The notes below the pieces were generated by a model. That model ran no database searches and was not told the DNA's origin. It saw only the letters and a list, made by a program, of their open reading frames with translations. Of a stretch of 51,223 nucleotides of DNA, positions 19,512-28,558 are shown piece after piece. A program made the position numbers and the translations under genes. The number at the start of each line of letters is the position of its first letter. Position 1 is the first letter of the stretch. The DNA comes from Candidatus Omnitrophota bacterium (GTDB lineage: Bacteria; Omnitrophota; Gorgyraeia; 2-01-FULL-45-10): positions 1 to 51,223 of the forward strand of contig JAGVGJ010000029.1 in assembly GCA_020057115.1 (NCBI GenBank). Direction: 5' to 3'.

Positions 19512-20147
19512 TTACTTTTTCAGAAGTTCTTTCGCCTTGTCCACCGCTGTCGCAGCGTCTTTGGCGTATCCGTCCGCGCCTATGGAATCGGCAAATTCCT
19601 GCGTAACAGGCGCTCCTCCGACGATTATCTTTACTTTATCACGAAGCCCTGAATCTTTCAAGGACTTAATAGTCTCCTTCATGGCGCCCATGGACGTGGT
19701 TAATAGCGATGACATGGCCACTATATCGACATTCCCGCTCTTAACGGAATCTACGAATTTCTCCACAGGGACATCTATCCCCAGGTCCTGTATGGCAAAG
19801 CAGCTCCCTTTAAGCATCATGCTCACTATATTCTTCCCTATGTCATGAAGATCGCCCTTTACCGTGCCGATAACTACCCTGCCGAGCGGTTTTATCCCGT
19901 GCTTCACGAAATGCGGTTCGAGGACCGCGACTCCCGCGTGCATGGCCTTGGCGGATATCAGCACCTCCGGTATGAAGACCTCGTTGTTCTTGAACTTCTT
20001 ACCTATGACTTCCATGCTGGATACGAGCCCTTCGTCCAGTATCCGCTTTATGTCCATACCTTCGTCAAGGGCTTGCTGGGTGAGCTTGGCTACGGTCGCG
20101 CTATTGCCTTTAAAGAGCGCCTCTCTTATAGAATTCAATATCTCCAC
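19512..20147 (-). CDS. Corrinoid (B12)-binding protein, methyltransferase-cognate type
   Basis: Helical cap domain followed by GDLHDIGKNIV (DxHxxG), SSLLTT and IIVGGAP motifs. Confidence 0.8.
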   Translation of the reverse strand: MEILNSIREALFKGNSATVAKLTQQALDEGMDIKRILDEGLVSSMEVIGKKFKNNEVFIPEVLISAKAMHAGVAVLEPHFVKHGIKPLGRVVIGTVKGDLHDIGKNIVSMMLKGSCFAIQDLGIDVPVEKFVDSVKSGNVDIVAMSSLLTTSMGAMKETIKSLKDSGLRDKVKIIVGGAPVTQEFADSIGADGYAKDAATAVDKAKELLKK

Positions 20148-20161
20148 TCATCCCTCCGCTT

Positions 20162-21436
20162 TTAGTCCAGTTTATTTATGACAAGGCCTGACGCCGGCTT
20201 CGGATAAAAATAGGTAGCCTTCTTCGGCATGCATTCTCCGAGCTTCGCTACGGCCTTTATCTGCGATACCTTTGTCGGATTAAGCATGAACGCCACCCTG
20301 GCCATGCCTTTATCGACCGAAAGCTTGGCCTCGCCGGCATCTTTCGTATATTCTATATTACCGTCCTCATCCTTTATGCCGAGAAGGTGCTTAAAAACAA
20401 AGTGGTGGAGTACCGCGACATCGAGGCTCTTCCAGTCTTTGGACTTATCTTTCATGGCCCTGCCGGCGGCCGGCCTGTCTTTTAATTTGAGGAGATATAG
20501 TTTGCCGCTCATATACATGCCGAATACGCACGAGGCGGAAGACTCGCGCATCTTCGCAAGAAGAAGGAGCTTGCTTGCCGCTTTTTCTATAGAAAAATAT
20601 CCGCCGAGCGAATCCAATATGCCCTGAAGCTTGAGGGAGCCGATATCCTTGACCATCCTGTGCGTCGGAAGGACTGTCAGCATCTTCTCGTCAGAGCCGA
20701 CAAAATAGGCCATCATATACTTTGCATTGGCCCTAAGCGCGCCGAAAGCATTCTTCTTGGCCTGGCGGCAGTAAGTCCGCGCAACCTCATAGCGGTGGTG
20801 GCCATCGGCAATGAATATGCTCTTATCCTTCATGAGCTTCTTCAAGGCGTCTATGTCACGACGGTCTGTCAGCCTCCAGACTTTGTGCATCGATCCATCA
20901 TAAGTAATATCTATGAAGGGCCTGGCCTTAAAAGCTTTTTTTAGCACTTTAAGCACTTTGCTGGATTTATCGTCATACAGTACGAAGATCGGGCTTAAGT
21001 TCGCCCTGACTTCCCTCATCAGGTCAAGCCTGTCCACCTTTGGAGCCGAAAGCGTATTCTCGTGCGGTAATATCTTCTTGCCCGTCATGTCAAGCTCTAT
21101 CAGGCTTATAAAACCTATTCTGTCGACGGGCTTGCCGCAATCTTCATATCTTTGAGAATAGACATACACGGCCTCGCCGGTATCCCGGACGAGGACATCT
21201 GAGGCGAGCCATGACCTGAAGAACCTGCCTGCCCGCGTATATCTGTTATTTTTTGAAGTGTCGAAACTTTTTATCTTGTTCAAGATGAGCCGAACGACAT
21301 TATTGGGGTGGCGCCTATAGAGCTCATCCTGCATCTTCTTGGGTATTATGTCATAGGGCGGGGCGACGACTTTGGAGATATCCTTCACCTTGTCTTTATT
21401 GTAGATGAATCCCTTAAAAGGCTTTATATTCGGCAT
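20162..21436 (-). CDS. DUF1015 family protein
   Basis: The N-terminus IKPFKGFIYN...VVAPPYDIIP and FIADGHHRY are as I remember DUF1015. Confidence 0.7.
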   Translation of the reverse strand: MPNIKPFKGFIYNKDKVKDISKVVAPPYDIIPKKMQDELYRRHPNNVVRLILNKIKSFDTSKNNRYTRAGRFFRSWLASDVLVRDTGEAVYVYSQRYEDCGKPVDRIGFISLIELDMTGKKILPHENTLSAPKVDRLDLMREVRANLSPIFVLYDDKSSKVLKVLKKAFKARPFIDITYDGSMHKVWRLTDRRDIDALKKLMKDKSIFIADGHHRYEVARTYCRQAKKNAFGALRANAKYMMAYFVGSDEKMLTVLPTHRMVKDIGSLKLQGILDSLGGYFSIEKAASKLLLLAKMRESSASCVFGMYMSGKLYLLKLKDRPAAGRAMKDKSKDWKSLDVAVLHHFVFKHLLGIKDEDGNIEYTKDAGEAKLSVDKGMARVAFMLNPTKVSQIKAVAKLGECMPKKATYFYPKPASGLVINKLD

Positions 21437-21830
21437 TGTCCTTACTCTCTTTCCTATATACGAATGTCAGGGCGGCGGCGCTCGACCCCAAAAAGTCGAA
21501 GATAAAGTCGAAGAAATCGCAATCCCGTGTCTTTACAAATCCCTGGTGCCATTCGTCAGAAGCCGCGTAGAGCGCGCATAAGATGATAGACAAAACCATG
21601 GCTTTTGTCAAACTCATATTTGGGAATGAGTCTGAGAACGCCCTTATCATCAGGTATCCCAGTATAAAATATTCTACGAAATGGGCTATCTTGTCTAATG
21701 AGAACCTGTTAAGGTGCGGGATCTTGTCCCCTCCGAGCGACGAGAGATAGAATATAAGGACCATCCAGTTGACGAGCGGAAGCCAGTCGGCGAGGAGCGT
21801 GACCCATACTTTCTTTGCGATGTTCTTCAC
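21414..21830 (-). CDS. VanZ family membrane protein
   Basis: DKIAHFVEYFILGYL and SDEWHQGF..R..D..D motifs. Four hydrophobic segments. Confidence 0.7.
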   Translation of the reverse strand: MKNIAKKVWVTLLADWLPLVNWMVLIFYLSSLGGDKIPHLNRFSLDKIAHFVEYFILGYLMIRAFSDSFPNMSLTKAMVLSIILCALYAASDEWHQGFVKTRDCDFFDFIFDFLGSSAAALTFVYRKESKDNAEYKAF

Positions 21831-21831
21831 G

Positions 21832-22092
21832 CTATTTCCCGGATTGACAGCCTTTGCAGCCGTCGGATTTGCCGCAGGGTGGGGTTTTGTGGTCGGATCC
21901 GCCGGATTTTTTTCTCTTGTAATCGTTCTCGTAGAAACCGCTGCCCTTAAATATTATACCGCCGCCGGCACCCATGAGGCGCACGACATGCCCCTTGCAT
22001 TTCGGGCAATCGTTTATCGGTTCATCTTTCATGCTCTGAAAAAGGTCGAACTTGTGGCCGCACTTTTCACATTCGTATTCGTAGGTTGGCAT
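21832..22092 (-). CDS. FmdB-family zinc-ribbon protein
   Basis: MPTYEYECEKCGHKF...CPKCKG (CxxC..CxxC). Confidence 0.8.
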   Translation of the reverse strand: MPTYEYECEKCGHKFDLFQSMKDEPINDCPKCKGHVVRLMGAGGGIIFKGSGFYENDYKRKKSGGSDHKTPPCGKSDGCKGCQSGK

Positions 22093-22116
22093 TCTGCTCC
22101 TTGCTAATTAATGCTA

Positions 22117-22200
22117 GGGTCCAGGGGCTAGGGTCAAGGGTCCAGTAAAAACAAATTTTTATATTTACATACCGGACCCTGGACCCCTGCCCCTTGACCC
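22117..22200. repeat. Heptad palindromic element, second full copy (28-28-28 nt)
   Basis: Left arm is GGGTCCA GGGGCTA GGGTCAA GGGTCCA. Spacer is GTAAAAACAAATTTTTATATTTACATAC. Right arm is CGGACCC TGGACCC CTGCCCC TTGACCC. Same orientation as 14559..14642. Confidence 0.9.
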
Positions 22201-22203
22201 TTT

Positions 22204-23376
22204 CTATCTAAACATCCTTCTCATCTTCTCCATAAATGACTTCGATAACGGGCCCGCCTGTTGGCCTGAAACCTTTGCGAATTCCTTCAATGCAGCCTTC
22301 TGTTCGGCATTAAGGTCGGTCGGCACGTCTACCTGGACCTTCACAAGCTCGTCGCCTTTTCCGTAATCATGAAGATGCGCGATGCCTTTGCCCTTCAAGC
22401 GGAATGTCCGGCCGCTCTGGGTGCCGGCGGGTATCTTCATCATGACCTTACCTTCCAGGGTCGGCACTTCTATCTCGCCGCCGAATACGGCCGTCGTGAA
22501 GCTTATCGGGACTTCACAGGAAAGGTCTGAATCGTGTCTCTCAAATATCTCATTATGGCTGACATGTAGGATCAGGTAGAGGTCCCCTCTCGGCCCGCCT
22601 CGCTCGCCCGCCTCGCCTTCGCCGTGCACTCTCAAGCGCGAACCGGAATCTACCCCGGGAGGTATCTTGACCTTTATGCTTCTTTTAAGCTTTACCCTTC
22701 CCCTGCCGCCGCATGTAGGGCACGGGGTTTTTATGCTCTCGCCCTCGCCTGCGCACTTGGGGCAGGTCCTGGCCATAGTAAAGAAACCGCTCTGTGTCAC
22801 CACCTGGCCCCTGCCGCCGCATGTCGAACAGCGCTCTTTCTTGGTGCCTGGCTTCGCGCCCGAGCCGCCGCAATCCTCGCAAGTCTCGTGGCGCGGTATC
22901 AATATCGTCTTCTCGACGCCGAATGCAGCATCCTCCAGGCTTATCTCAAGTTCATACTGCAGATCCGACCCTCTTCTTACGCCGCCTCGCTTCGGGCCGC
23001 CGCGCATGTCATAGCCGCCGCCGAATATATCCTCGCCGAATCCGAAACCTCTTAATATATCGTTCAGATTGATCCCGATATCATTCAGGTCGTCAGAATG
23101 GTGGAAGTCCTCCCATGTGAACCCGCCCTTATGGAAAGCCCCTTCGACGCCGGCATGGCCGTACTGGTCGTAGTTGGCCTTCTTCTTCGAGTCTATCAGG
23201 ACCTCGTAGGCCTCGGACATCTCTTTGAATTTCTCCTCGGCTTCTTTCTTCTTGTCGGGAGTGACCCTGTCCGGATGATACTTCAAGGCGAGATTCCTGT
23301 ATGCCTTCTTTATCTCCTCAGGTGTAGCGCTCTTCGAAATGCCGAGAACCTCGTAATAATCACGTTTATCAGCCAT
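22204..23376 (-). CDS. dnaJ: Molecular chaperone DnaJ
   Basis: J domain with HPD (KYHPDR), G/F region, four CxxCxGxG zinc-finger repeats. Confidence 0.95.
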   Translation of the reverse strand: MADKRDYYEVLGISKSATPEEIKKAYRNLALKYHPDRVTPDKKKEAEEKFKEMSEAYEVLIDSKKKANYDQYGHAGVEGAFHKGGFTWEDFHHSDDLNDIGINLNDILRGFGFGEDIFGGGYDMRGGPKRGGVRRGSDLQYELEISLEDAAFGVEKTILIPRHETCEDCGGSGAKPGTKKERCSTCGGRGQVVTQSGFFTMARTCPKCAGEGESIKTPCPTCGGRGRVKLKRSIKVKIPPGVDSGSRLRVHGEGEAGERGGPRGDLYLILHVSHNEIFERHDSDLSCEVPISFTTAVFGGEIEVPTLEGKVMMKIPAGTQSGRTFRLKGKGIAHLHDYGKGDELVKVQVDVPTDLNAEQKAALKEFAKVSGQQAGPLSKSFMEKMRRMFR

Positions 23377-23385
23377 TAAATAATA

Positions 23386-25311
23386 TTACTTCTTACCTTT
23401 CTTGTCATCCTTATCCTCAGCCGTGAAATCCGCGTCGATGACTTCGTCCGAACCGCCTTGCGGCTGTTCCGGTCCCGGCCTCGCGGCATCTTCGGAGCTT
23501 CCTCCGCCTTGGGCCGCATCGCTCTTGCCTTTGGATGCCTCGGCCTGCTTCTTATACACCTCTTCGCCGAGCTTCTGCGACGCCTTTGAGAGCTCTTCCA
23601 TCGCCTTCTTCATCTTGTCAGCGTCTTTGCCCTTGAGCGTCTCGCGGAGCTCTTTTATCTTCTCTTCGATATTCTTCTTATCGGCATCGCTTACCTTATC
23701 GCCATACTCCTTGAGCGCCTTTTCAGTGGCGTAAGCGAGCGTGTCGGCCTGATTTCTCGTCTCGACTTCCTCTTTGAGCTTCGTATCCTCGCCGGCGAAC
23801 TTCTCGGCCTCTTTGACGAACTTATCGATATCTTCCTTGGAGAGTTTTCTCGGAGCTGTGATCTTTATGGACTGCTCTTTGCCCGTTCCAAGGTCTTTGG
23901 CATTAACGTGGACGATGCCATTGGCGTCTATGTCGAATGTTACCTCTATCTGCGGCATACCGCGGGGAGCCGGAGGCATCCCGACAAGGTCAAAACGCCC
24001 GAGCTCGACGTTATCATTCGCCATCTGGCGCTCGCCCTGGAGCACGCGTATTGTAACGGCCGTCTGGTTATCGGCGGCGGTCGAGAATATCCGGCTCTTC
24101 CTGGTGGGAACGGTGGTATTCCTCTCTATAAGCTTTGTGCACACGCCGCCGAGGGTTTCGAGGCCGAGCGAAAGAGGCGTGACGTCGAGCAAGAGCACGT
24201 CCTTCGCTTCGCCCTTTATGATCGCAGCCTGTATGGCCGCTCCGAGGGCAACGCATTCCATCGGGTCGACCCCGCGCTCTATCTTCTTGCCCACATAATC
24301 TTCTACGAACTTCTGGACGATCGGCATCCTTGTGGGGCCGCCGACCAGGATCACCTTGTTTATGTCCTTTGCCGTGATCTTTGCGTCGCCGATCGCTTGT
24401 TCGATCGGATGCTTGCAGCGGTCGATTATCGGAGAGACAAGCTCTTCGAGCTTGGCGCGGTTTATCGTCATGGTGAGGTGCTTGGGGCCGGTCTGGTCAG
24501 CCGTTATGAACGGAAGATTGAGGTCCGTCGTGACGGTGCTTGAGAGCTCGACTTTTGCCTTCTCGGCAGCTTCCCTTACGCGCTGGATGGCCATCTTGTC
24601 ATTCTTAAGATCTATGCCGGTATCTTTCTTGAACTCCTTGACGATATAATCGACAAGGATATTGTCCATGTCGGTCCCGCCGAGCTGCGTATCGCCTGAC
24701 GTCGACTGTACTTCGAAAGTAGCTGCCTTATGCTCATCGTCCCAGCCCATTTCGAGTATCGTGACGTCTAGCGTGCCGCCGCCTAAGTCAAATACCATGA
24801 TCTTCTGCTCTTTGCCGGCCTTATCAAGCCCGTAAGCCAGACATGCCGCCGTCGGCTCGTTTATTATCCTCAACACCTTAAGGCCCGCTATCTCGCCGGC
24901 ATCCTTGGTAGCCTGGCGCTGGTTGTCGTTAAAATAGGCCGGGCATGTGATGACAACCTCATTCACCTGGTCGCCAAGATAGGCTTCGGCATCCTGTTTT
25001 ATCTTCTGCAGTATGAATGCGGATATCTGCTGTGGGGTATACTCTTTGCCGTATACTTTATATTTGAAATCCGTGCCCATCTTCCTCTTGGCGGCGAATA
25101 TCGTGCCTTCGGGATTGATCGATGCCTGGCGCTTTGCCGGTTCCCCGACCAGCTTCTGGCCGTCCTTCGTGAATGCTACGAAAGACGGGAATGCCTTGCC
25201 GCTCGCAACGCCTGCCCCTTCCGCCGAAGGTATTATCACCGGACGCCCTGCTTCCATATATGCTGCCGCTGAATTCGATGTGCCTAAGTCTATGCCTATC
25301 ACTTTTGCCAT
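23386..25311 (-). CDS. dnaK: Molecular chaperone DnaK (Hsp70)
   Basis: [18 protein letters not shown] and canonical Hsp70 sequence throughout. Confidence 0.97.
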   Translation of the reverse strand: MAKVIGIDLGTSNSAAAYMEAGRPVIIPSAEGAGVASGKAFPSFVAFTKDGQKLVGEPAKRQASINPEGTIFAAKRKMGTDFKYKVYGKEYTPQQISAFILQKIKQDAEAYLGDQVNEVVITCPAYFNDNQRQATKDAGEIAGLKVLRIINEPTAACLAYGLDKAGKEQKIMVFDLGGGTLDVTILEMGWDDEHKAATFEVQSTSGDTQLGGTDMDNILVDYIVKEFKKDTGIDLKNDKMAIQRVREAAEKAKVELSSTVTTDLNLPFITADQTGPKHLTMTINRAKLEELVSPIIDRCKHPIEQAIGDAKITAKDINKVILVGGPTRMPIVQKFVEDYVGKKIERGVDPMECVALGAAIQAAIIKGEAKDVLLLDVTPLSLGLETLGGVCTKLIERNTTVPTRKSRIFSTAADNQTAVTIRVLQGERQMANDNVELGRFDLVGMPPAPRGMPQIEVTFDIDANGIVHVNAKDLGTGKEQSIKITAPRKLSKEDIDKFVKEAEKFAGEDTKLKEEVETRNQADTLAYATEKALKEYGDKVSDADKKNIEEKIKELRETLKGKDADKMKKAMEELSKASQKLGEEVYKKQAEASKGKSDAAQGGGSSEDAARPGPEQPQGGSDEVIDADFTAEDKDDKKGKK

Positions 25312-25346
25312 ATCACCCTCCTATTGTATAAATAATAACCTATGTT

Positions 25347-25426
25347 TTAGTTCTTAGTTTTTAGATCTTAGTTCATAGTAAATTCGTTTTCCTATCACCT
25401 AAGAACTAAGATCTATGATCTAATAA
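25347..25426. repeat. Heptad inverted-repeat element between grpE and dnaK
   Basis: Left array is TTAGTTC TTAGTTT TTAGATC TTAGTTC. Right array is CTAAGAA CTAAGAT CTATGAT CTAATAA. There is a perfect 13-bp stem (25362..25374 with 25403..25415) and a 28-nt loop starting ATAGTAAA. Confidence 0.85.
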
Positions 25427-26008
25427 CTATGACTTTCGTTTTACGACTCGCACCATCGCCGGCCTCAAGAGCTTTCCGCTCAGCCTGTAGCCGGGCTTCA
25501 ACTCTGCCACTATCAAACCGTCTTCCTTATCTTGAGACTCTTCCGTTTCGACCGGCTCGTGAAAATGCGGGTCGAACTTCTCTCCCACCGTCTTTATCCG
25601 TTCCACGCCGATATCTTTCATGAACTTCTGTATCAGGCCGTGTATCATGTCCACGCCTTCCTGCACCGCCTTGAAATCCTTCGCCTCTTTTATGTGCTTC
25701 TCCGACATCTCAAGCGAATCGAGTATCGGCAGGAAGTCGAGTATGAATCCCTCGTTGGCGTATTTCATGAATTCGACTTTATCTTTCTCAAGGCGCCTGC
25801 GGGCATTCTCGAACTCGGCATGAGTCCTTAAGAATTTATCGCGAAGCTCGGCTACCTCTTTAGACTGATTGAGAAGCTCGTCATATTCTTTCTTCGATAT
25901 AGCTATCTTCTCTTCGGCCTCAGGATGGATCCCGGCCTCTTTCTCTCTCTCAGGCCCGACCTCAGGCGGCTTGTGACCATCATTTTTATTGTGATTATCT
26001 TTTGTCAT
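25427..26008 (-). CDS. grpE: Nucleotide exchange factor GrpE
   Basis: Coiled-coil N-terminus, AEFENARRR motif, position between hrcA and dnaK. Confidence 0.9.
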   Translation of the reverse strand: MTKDNHNKNDGHKPPEVGPEREKEAGIHPEAEEKIAISKKEYDELLNQSKEVAELRDKFLRTHAEFENARRRLEKDKVEFMKYANEGFILDFLPILDSLEMSEKHIKEAKDFKAVQEGVDMIHGLIQKFMKDIGVERIKTVGEKFDPHFHEPVETEESQDKEDGLIVAELKPGYRLSGKLLRPAMVRVVKRKS

Positions 26009-26010
26009 AA

Positions 26011-26748
26011 TTAGACTCCTATTTCATCCAATACGCCTGAAACAGTCTCTGCCATCAGTTCTATGGTCGGTATGACCTTATCGTAGAGCATCCGTTTCGG
26101 CCCTATGACGCCCAGCCTCCCGGAAGATTTGCCTTTGACCCTGTAGCCGCATGTTACGATGCTACAGTCCGAGAGATCGGAAGACTTTAGCTCTTTTCCT
26201 ATATGTATGGTCAGGTCATTGGTGCTGAAGTCATCGTTCAGAAGACGCAAAAGCGCCCTCTTCTCTTCCATATACCTCAAGAGACTGTGTATCTTGGCAA
26301 AGTCCTTGAACTCCGGCTGTTCGATGATGTGACTTGCCCCGTCCATATAGACCTTCTGGTATCCCGGATATAGCGATATCCCGACATAATTGGTAAGATT
26401 GGATATGAGATGCGATGTCGTCTCAAGGATGCCCTCGAGCGACCTCATCGCAAGGCGGTACTGCTCGCTTATCATCCTTACGGTCTCTTCATTGACCTTT
26501 CGGATGCGCATGAGGCTGTTTATATAATAGCGGTAACCTTTGTCCGTAGGCATCCTCCCTGCGGAGGTATGGGGATGGGCGATAAAGCCCAGATCCTCGA
26601 GATCGGCCATGATATTCCGTATGGTCGCGCTTGAGAGATCGAGTTTCTTCGAGACAAATCTTGAGCCGACAGGCTCAGCCGTCTCTATATACTCTTTTAT
26701 GATTATCCCCAGCACTTCTTCGTGCCGCTTCTTGAAATCCGGCTGCAT
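26011..26748 (-). CDS. hrcA: Heat-inducible transcription repressor HrcA (unusually short, 245 aa)
   Basis: Winged-helix N-terminus (EPVGSRFVSKKL..SSATIRNIMADLEDLGFI..HTSAGRMPTDKGYRYY). C-terminal GVIGPKRMLYDKVIP. A CIRCE operator lies upstream. Confidence 0.85.
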   Translation of the reverse strand: MQPDFKKRHEEVLGIIIKEYIETAEPVGSRFVSKKLDLSSATIRNIMADLEDLGFIAHPHTSAGRMPTDKGYRYYINSLMRIRKVNEETVRMISEQYRLAMRSLEGILETTSHLISNLTNYVGISLYPGYQKVYMDGASHIIEQPEFKDFAKIHSLLRYMEEKRALLRLLNDDFSTNDLTIHIGKELKSSDLSDCSIVTCGYRVKGKSSGRLGVIGPKRMLYDKVIPTIELMAETVSGVLDEIGV

Positions 26749-26770
26749 TATTTATGCCCCCTAAAAATGA

Positions 26771-26797
26771 TTAGCACTCAGCCTTAATGAGTGCTAA
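26771..26797 (-). promoter_or_regulatory. CIRCE operator (TTAGCACTC-N9-GAGTGCTAA)
   Basis: Perfect match to the consensus inverted repeat, 22 nt upstream of the hrcA start codon. Confidence 0.95.
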
Positions 26798-26800
26798 ATC

Positions 26801-26828
26801 AGTTTATCATATAGAGAAATATTGTCAA
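26801..26828 (-). promoter_or_regulatory. Sigma70-like promoter of the hrcA-grpE-dnaK-dnaJ operon (TTGACA-16 nt-TAAACT)
   Basis: The minus strand reads TTGACA atatttctctatatga TAAACT gat TTAGCACTC. Confidence 0.6.
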
Positions 26829-26850
26829 TATTTTTCGGGTACTAGCTTCT

Positions 26851-26989
26851 CCCCCCTCTCAGGGTGGTAAGGGTGTCTTACAGCGAACGTTCACTTTCCA
26901 GAGGAAAGTTCACTCGGAAGATCGCTAAATTCGTTGTAATTTAGCGATCTTCGACGTCGCTTCCAGACACCCTTACCACCCCTCGGGGG
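26851..26989 (-). repeat. Structured palindromic repeat element, copy 2
   Basis: Its reverse complement aligns with 91..220. The junction strands are nearly identical (TGGA(A)GCGACGTCGAAG.., ..CTTCCGAG(C/T)GA(G/A)CTTTCCTCTGGAAAGTGA(G/A)CGTTCGC). Hairpin A has a different sequence but stays self-complementary. Confidence 0.75.
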
Positions 26990-27110
26990 CCCCGCCACGA
27001 GGACCAAAAAATCTGGGGAGTGGAAACTGATTCACTATTTCGAGTAAAACTGATGGGTGATGGAAAAAAGCAAAAAAGTGGAGCATCGCTATGGACCAAA
27101 GCTGTGGAGT

Positions 27111-27306
27111 GGCGGCCCGCTGGGGTGGGTCTGGAGCGGCCGTTGAAAAATTTTGATACCTTATGCCGGTTTAGTAAGGCCGGACAAATCTGTCAATAGC
27201 TTTCTTTATAGTCCGGGTTGGCCGGCCATCAAAATTTTTCCGGAGTGAGTGAGGATGGCTAATCCGAACGAACGTCAAGCGACAGACCTACCCCAGAAGG
27301 GCCGCC
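27111..27306 (+). repeat. Structured palindromic repeat element, diverged and expanded copy 3
   Basis: The closing stem is GGCGGCCC-GCTGGGGTGGGTCTG ... CAGACCTACCCCAG-AAGGGCCGCC. CTGGAGCG and TTCCGGAGTGAG junction strings are shared with copies 1 and 2. Its internal hairpin is much longer. Confidence 0.55.
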
Positions 27307-27310
27307 CTGA

Positions 27311-28558
27311 TTACTTGCTCTCGAGGATCTCTTTGATGCGGAGCGGGACTTCGGCTTCGATGAGAACGCTGTCGCCTTTATATTCGCGGCTTATGACGCG
27401 GCCATTTTCGTAGATAAGATTCAGAGTCTTGGCATCCGACTGTGGGATCTCTATCTTTACGGTAGCCATGAGGCTCGCTATATGCGGCAGAATGCTGTTT
27501 ATAAGGCCTTCGAGCCCTTCCTTCTTAAGCGCCGATACGGCGACCGAAGCATTAAACGCGTTCTTCGCCCTCTGTATCACGATAGGGTCGCTGACTATAT
27601 CGATCTTATTAAGGACTGTGATCATGGTCTTATCCTTGGCCCCGATCTCTTCAAGCACCTTATAGACAGCGTCAGACTGTTCCATCGCCTTCGGATGGCT
27701 TATATCTACAAGATGAAGCAATATGTCGGATTCCACGACTTCTTCAAGCGTCGCCTTGAATGCTTCGACCAGATGGTGAGGAAGGTCTGTCACGAACCCG
27801 ACCGTATCAACGAACAATAGTTTCTGCTTATTGGGCAATACGAACTTCCTGATGGTCGGATCAAGGGTCGCGAACAATTTATCCTGCGTCACGACCTTGG
27901 AATTGGTAAGCGCGTTCAAAAGAGTGGACTTGCCTACGTTCGTATATCCTACTATGGCTATCGTAAGTATGGAAAAACGCGTCCTCTTCTTTCTCATCAT
28001 GGCCCGGCGTTTCGAGAGGTCCTCTAGCTCATCTTTGAGCTTTGATATCCTTGTTTTGATGCGGCGCCTGTCAACTTCGAGCTTCTGCTCACCCGGGCCG
28101 ACAGTCCCTATGCCGCCTCCCTGCCTCGACAGCTGTATCCCCTTGCCTGTAAGGCGCGGCAAGAGATACGTGAGCTGAGCAAGCTCGACCTGGAGCTTGC
28201 CTTCATTTGTATGTGCTCGCCGGGCGAATATATCGAGTATTAACTGTGACCTGTCAATGGTCTTGGTCTTTATTACCTCTTCCAGGTTCTTCTGCTGGCT
28301 GCCGCTCAGATCATTGTTGAAAATGACAAGGCCTATCCTCTCGTCCGCACAGATCTTGGCTATTTCCTCGGCCTTGCCTATACCTATATACTGAGCTGCC
28401 GACAGCTCATGCCTGTGAACGATCATCTCCTTGGCGACCTTGGCGCCTACTGAACGCGCAAGCTCTTTCAGTTCTTGAGATCGCTCTTCCGCGCTCCATG
28501 CTTCCCTTTTGCCTAAATCCACAGTGACTAGTAATGCCTTCTCCATTTGTCCTTTCAT
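27311..28558 (-). CDS. hflX: GTPase HflX
   Basis: HflX N-domain, then G domain with GYTNVGKSTLLN (G1), DTVGF (G3) and NKID (G4). Confidence 0.9.
   Translation of the reverse strand: MKGQMEKALLVTVDLGKREAWSAEERSQELKELARSVGAKVAKEMIVHRHELSAAQYIGIGKAEEIAKICADERIGLVIFNNDLSGSQQKNLEEVIKTKTIDRSQLILDIFARRAHTNEGKLQVELAQLTYLLPRLTGKGIQLSRQGGGIGTVGPGEQKLEVDRRRIKTRISKLKDELEDLSKRRAMMRKKRTRFSILTIAIVGYTNVGKSTLLNALTNSKVVTQDKLFATLDPTIRKFVLPNKQKLLFVDTVGFVTDLPHHLVEAFKATLEEVVESDILLHLVDISHPKAMEQSDAVYKVLEEIGAKDKTMITVLNKIDIVSDPIVIQRAKNAFNASVAVSALKKEGLEGLINSILPHIASLMATVKIEIPQSDAKTLNLIYENGRVISREYKGDSVLIEAEVPLRIKEILESK

Noticed and set aside
26901-26909. GAGGAAAGT string reminiscent of the RNase P RNA P4 region (GAGGAAAGUCC)
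   Set aside because: The surrounding element is only ~140 nt. It lacks the other universally conserved RNase P regions and occurs in several copies. The match is the loop-closing part of a small hairpin.
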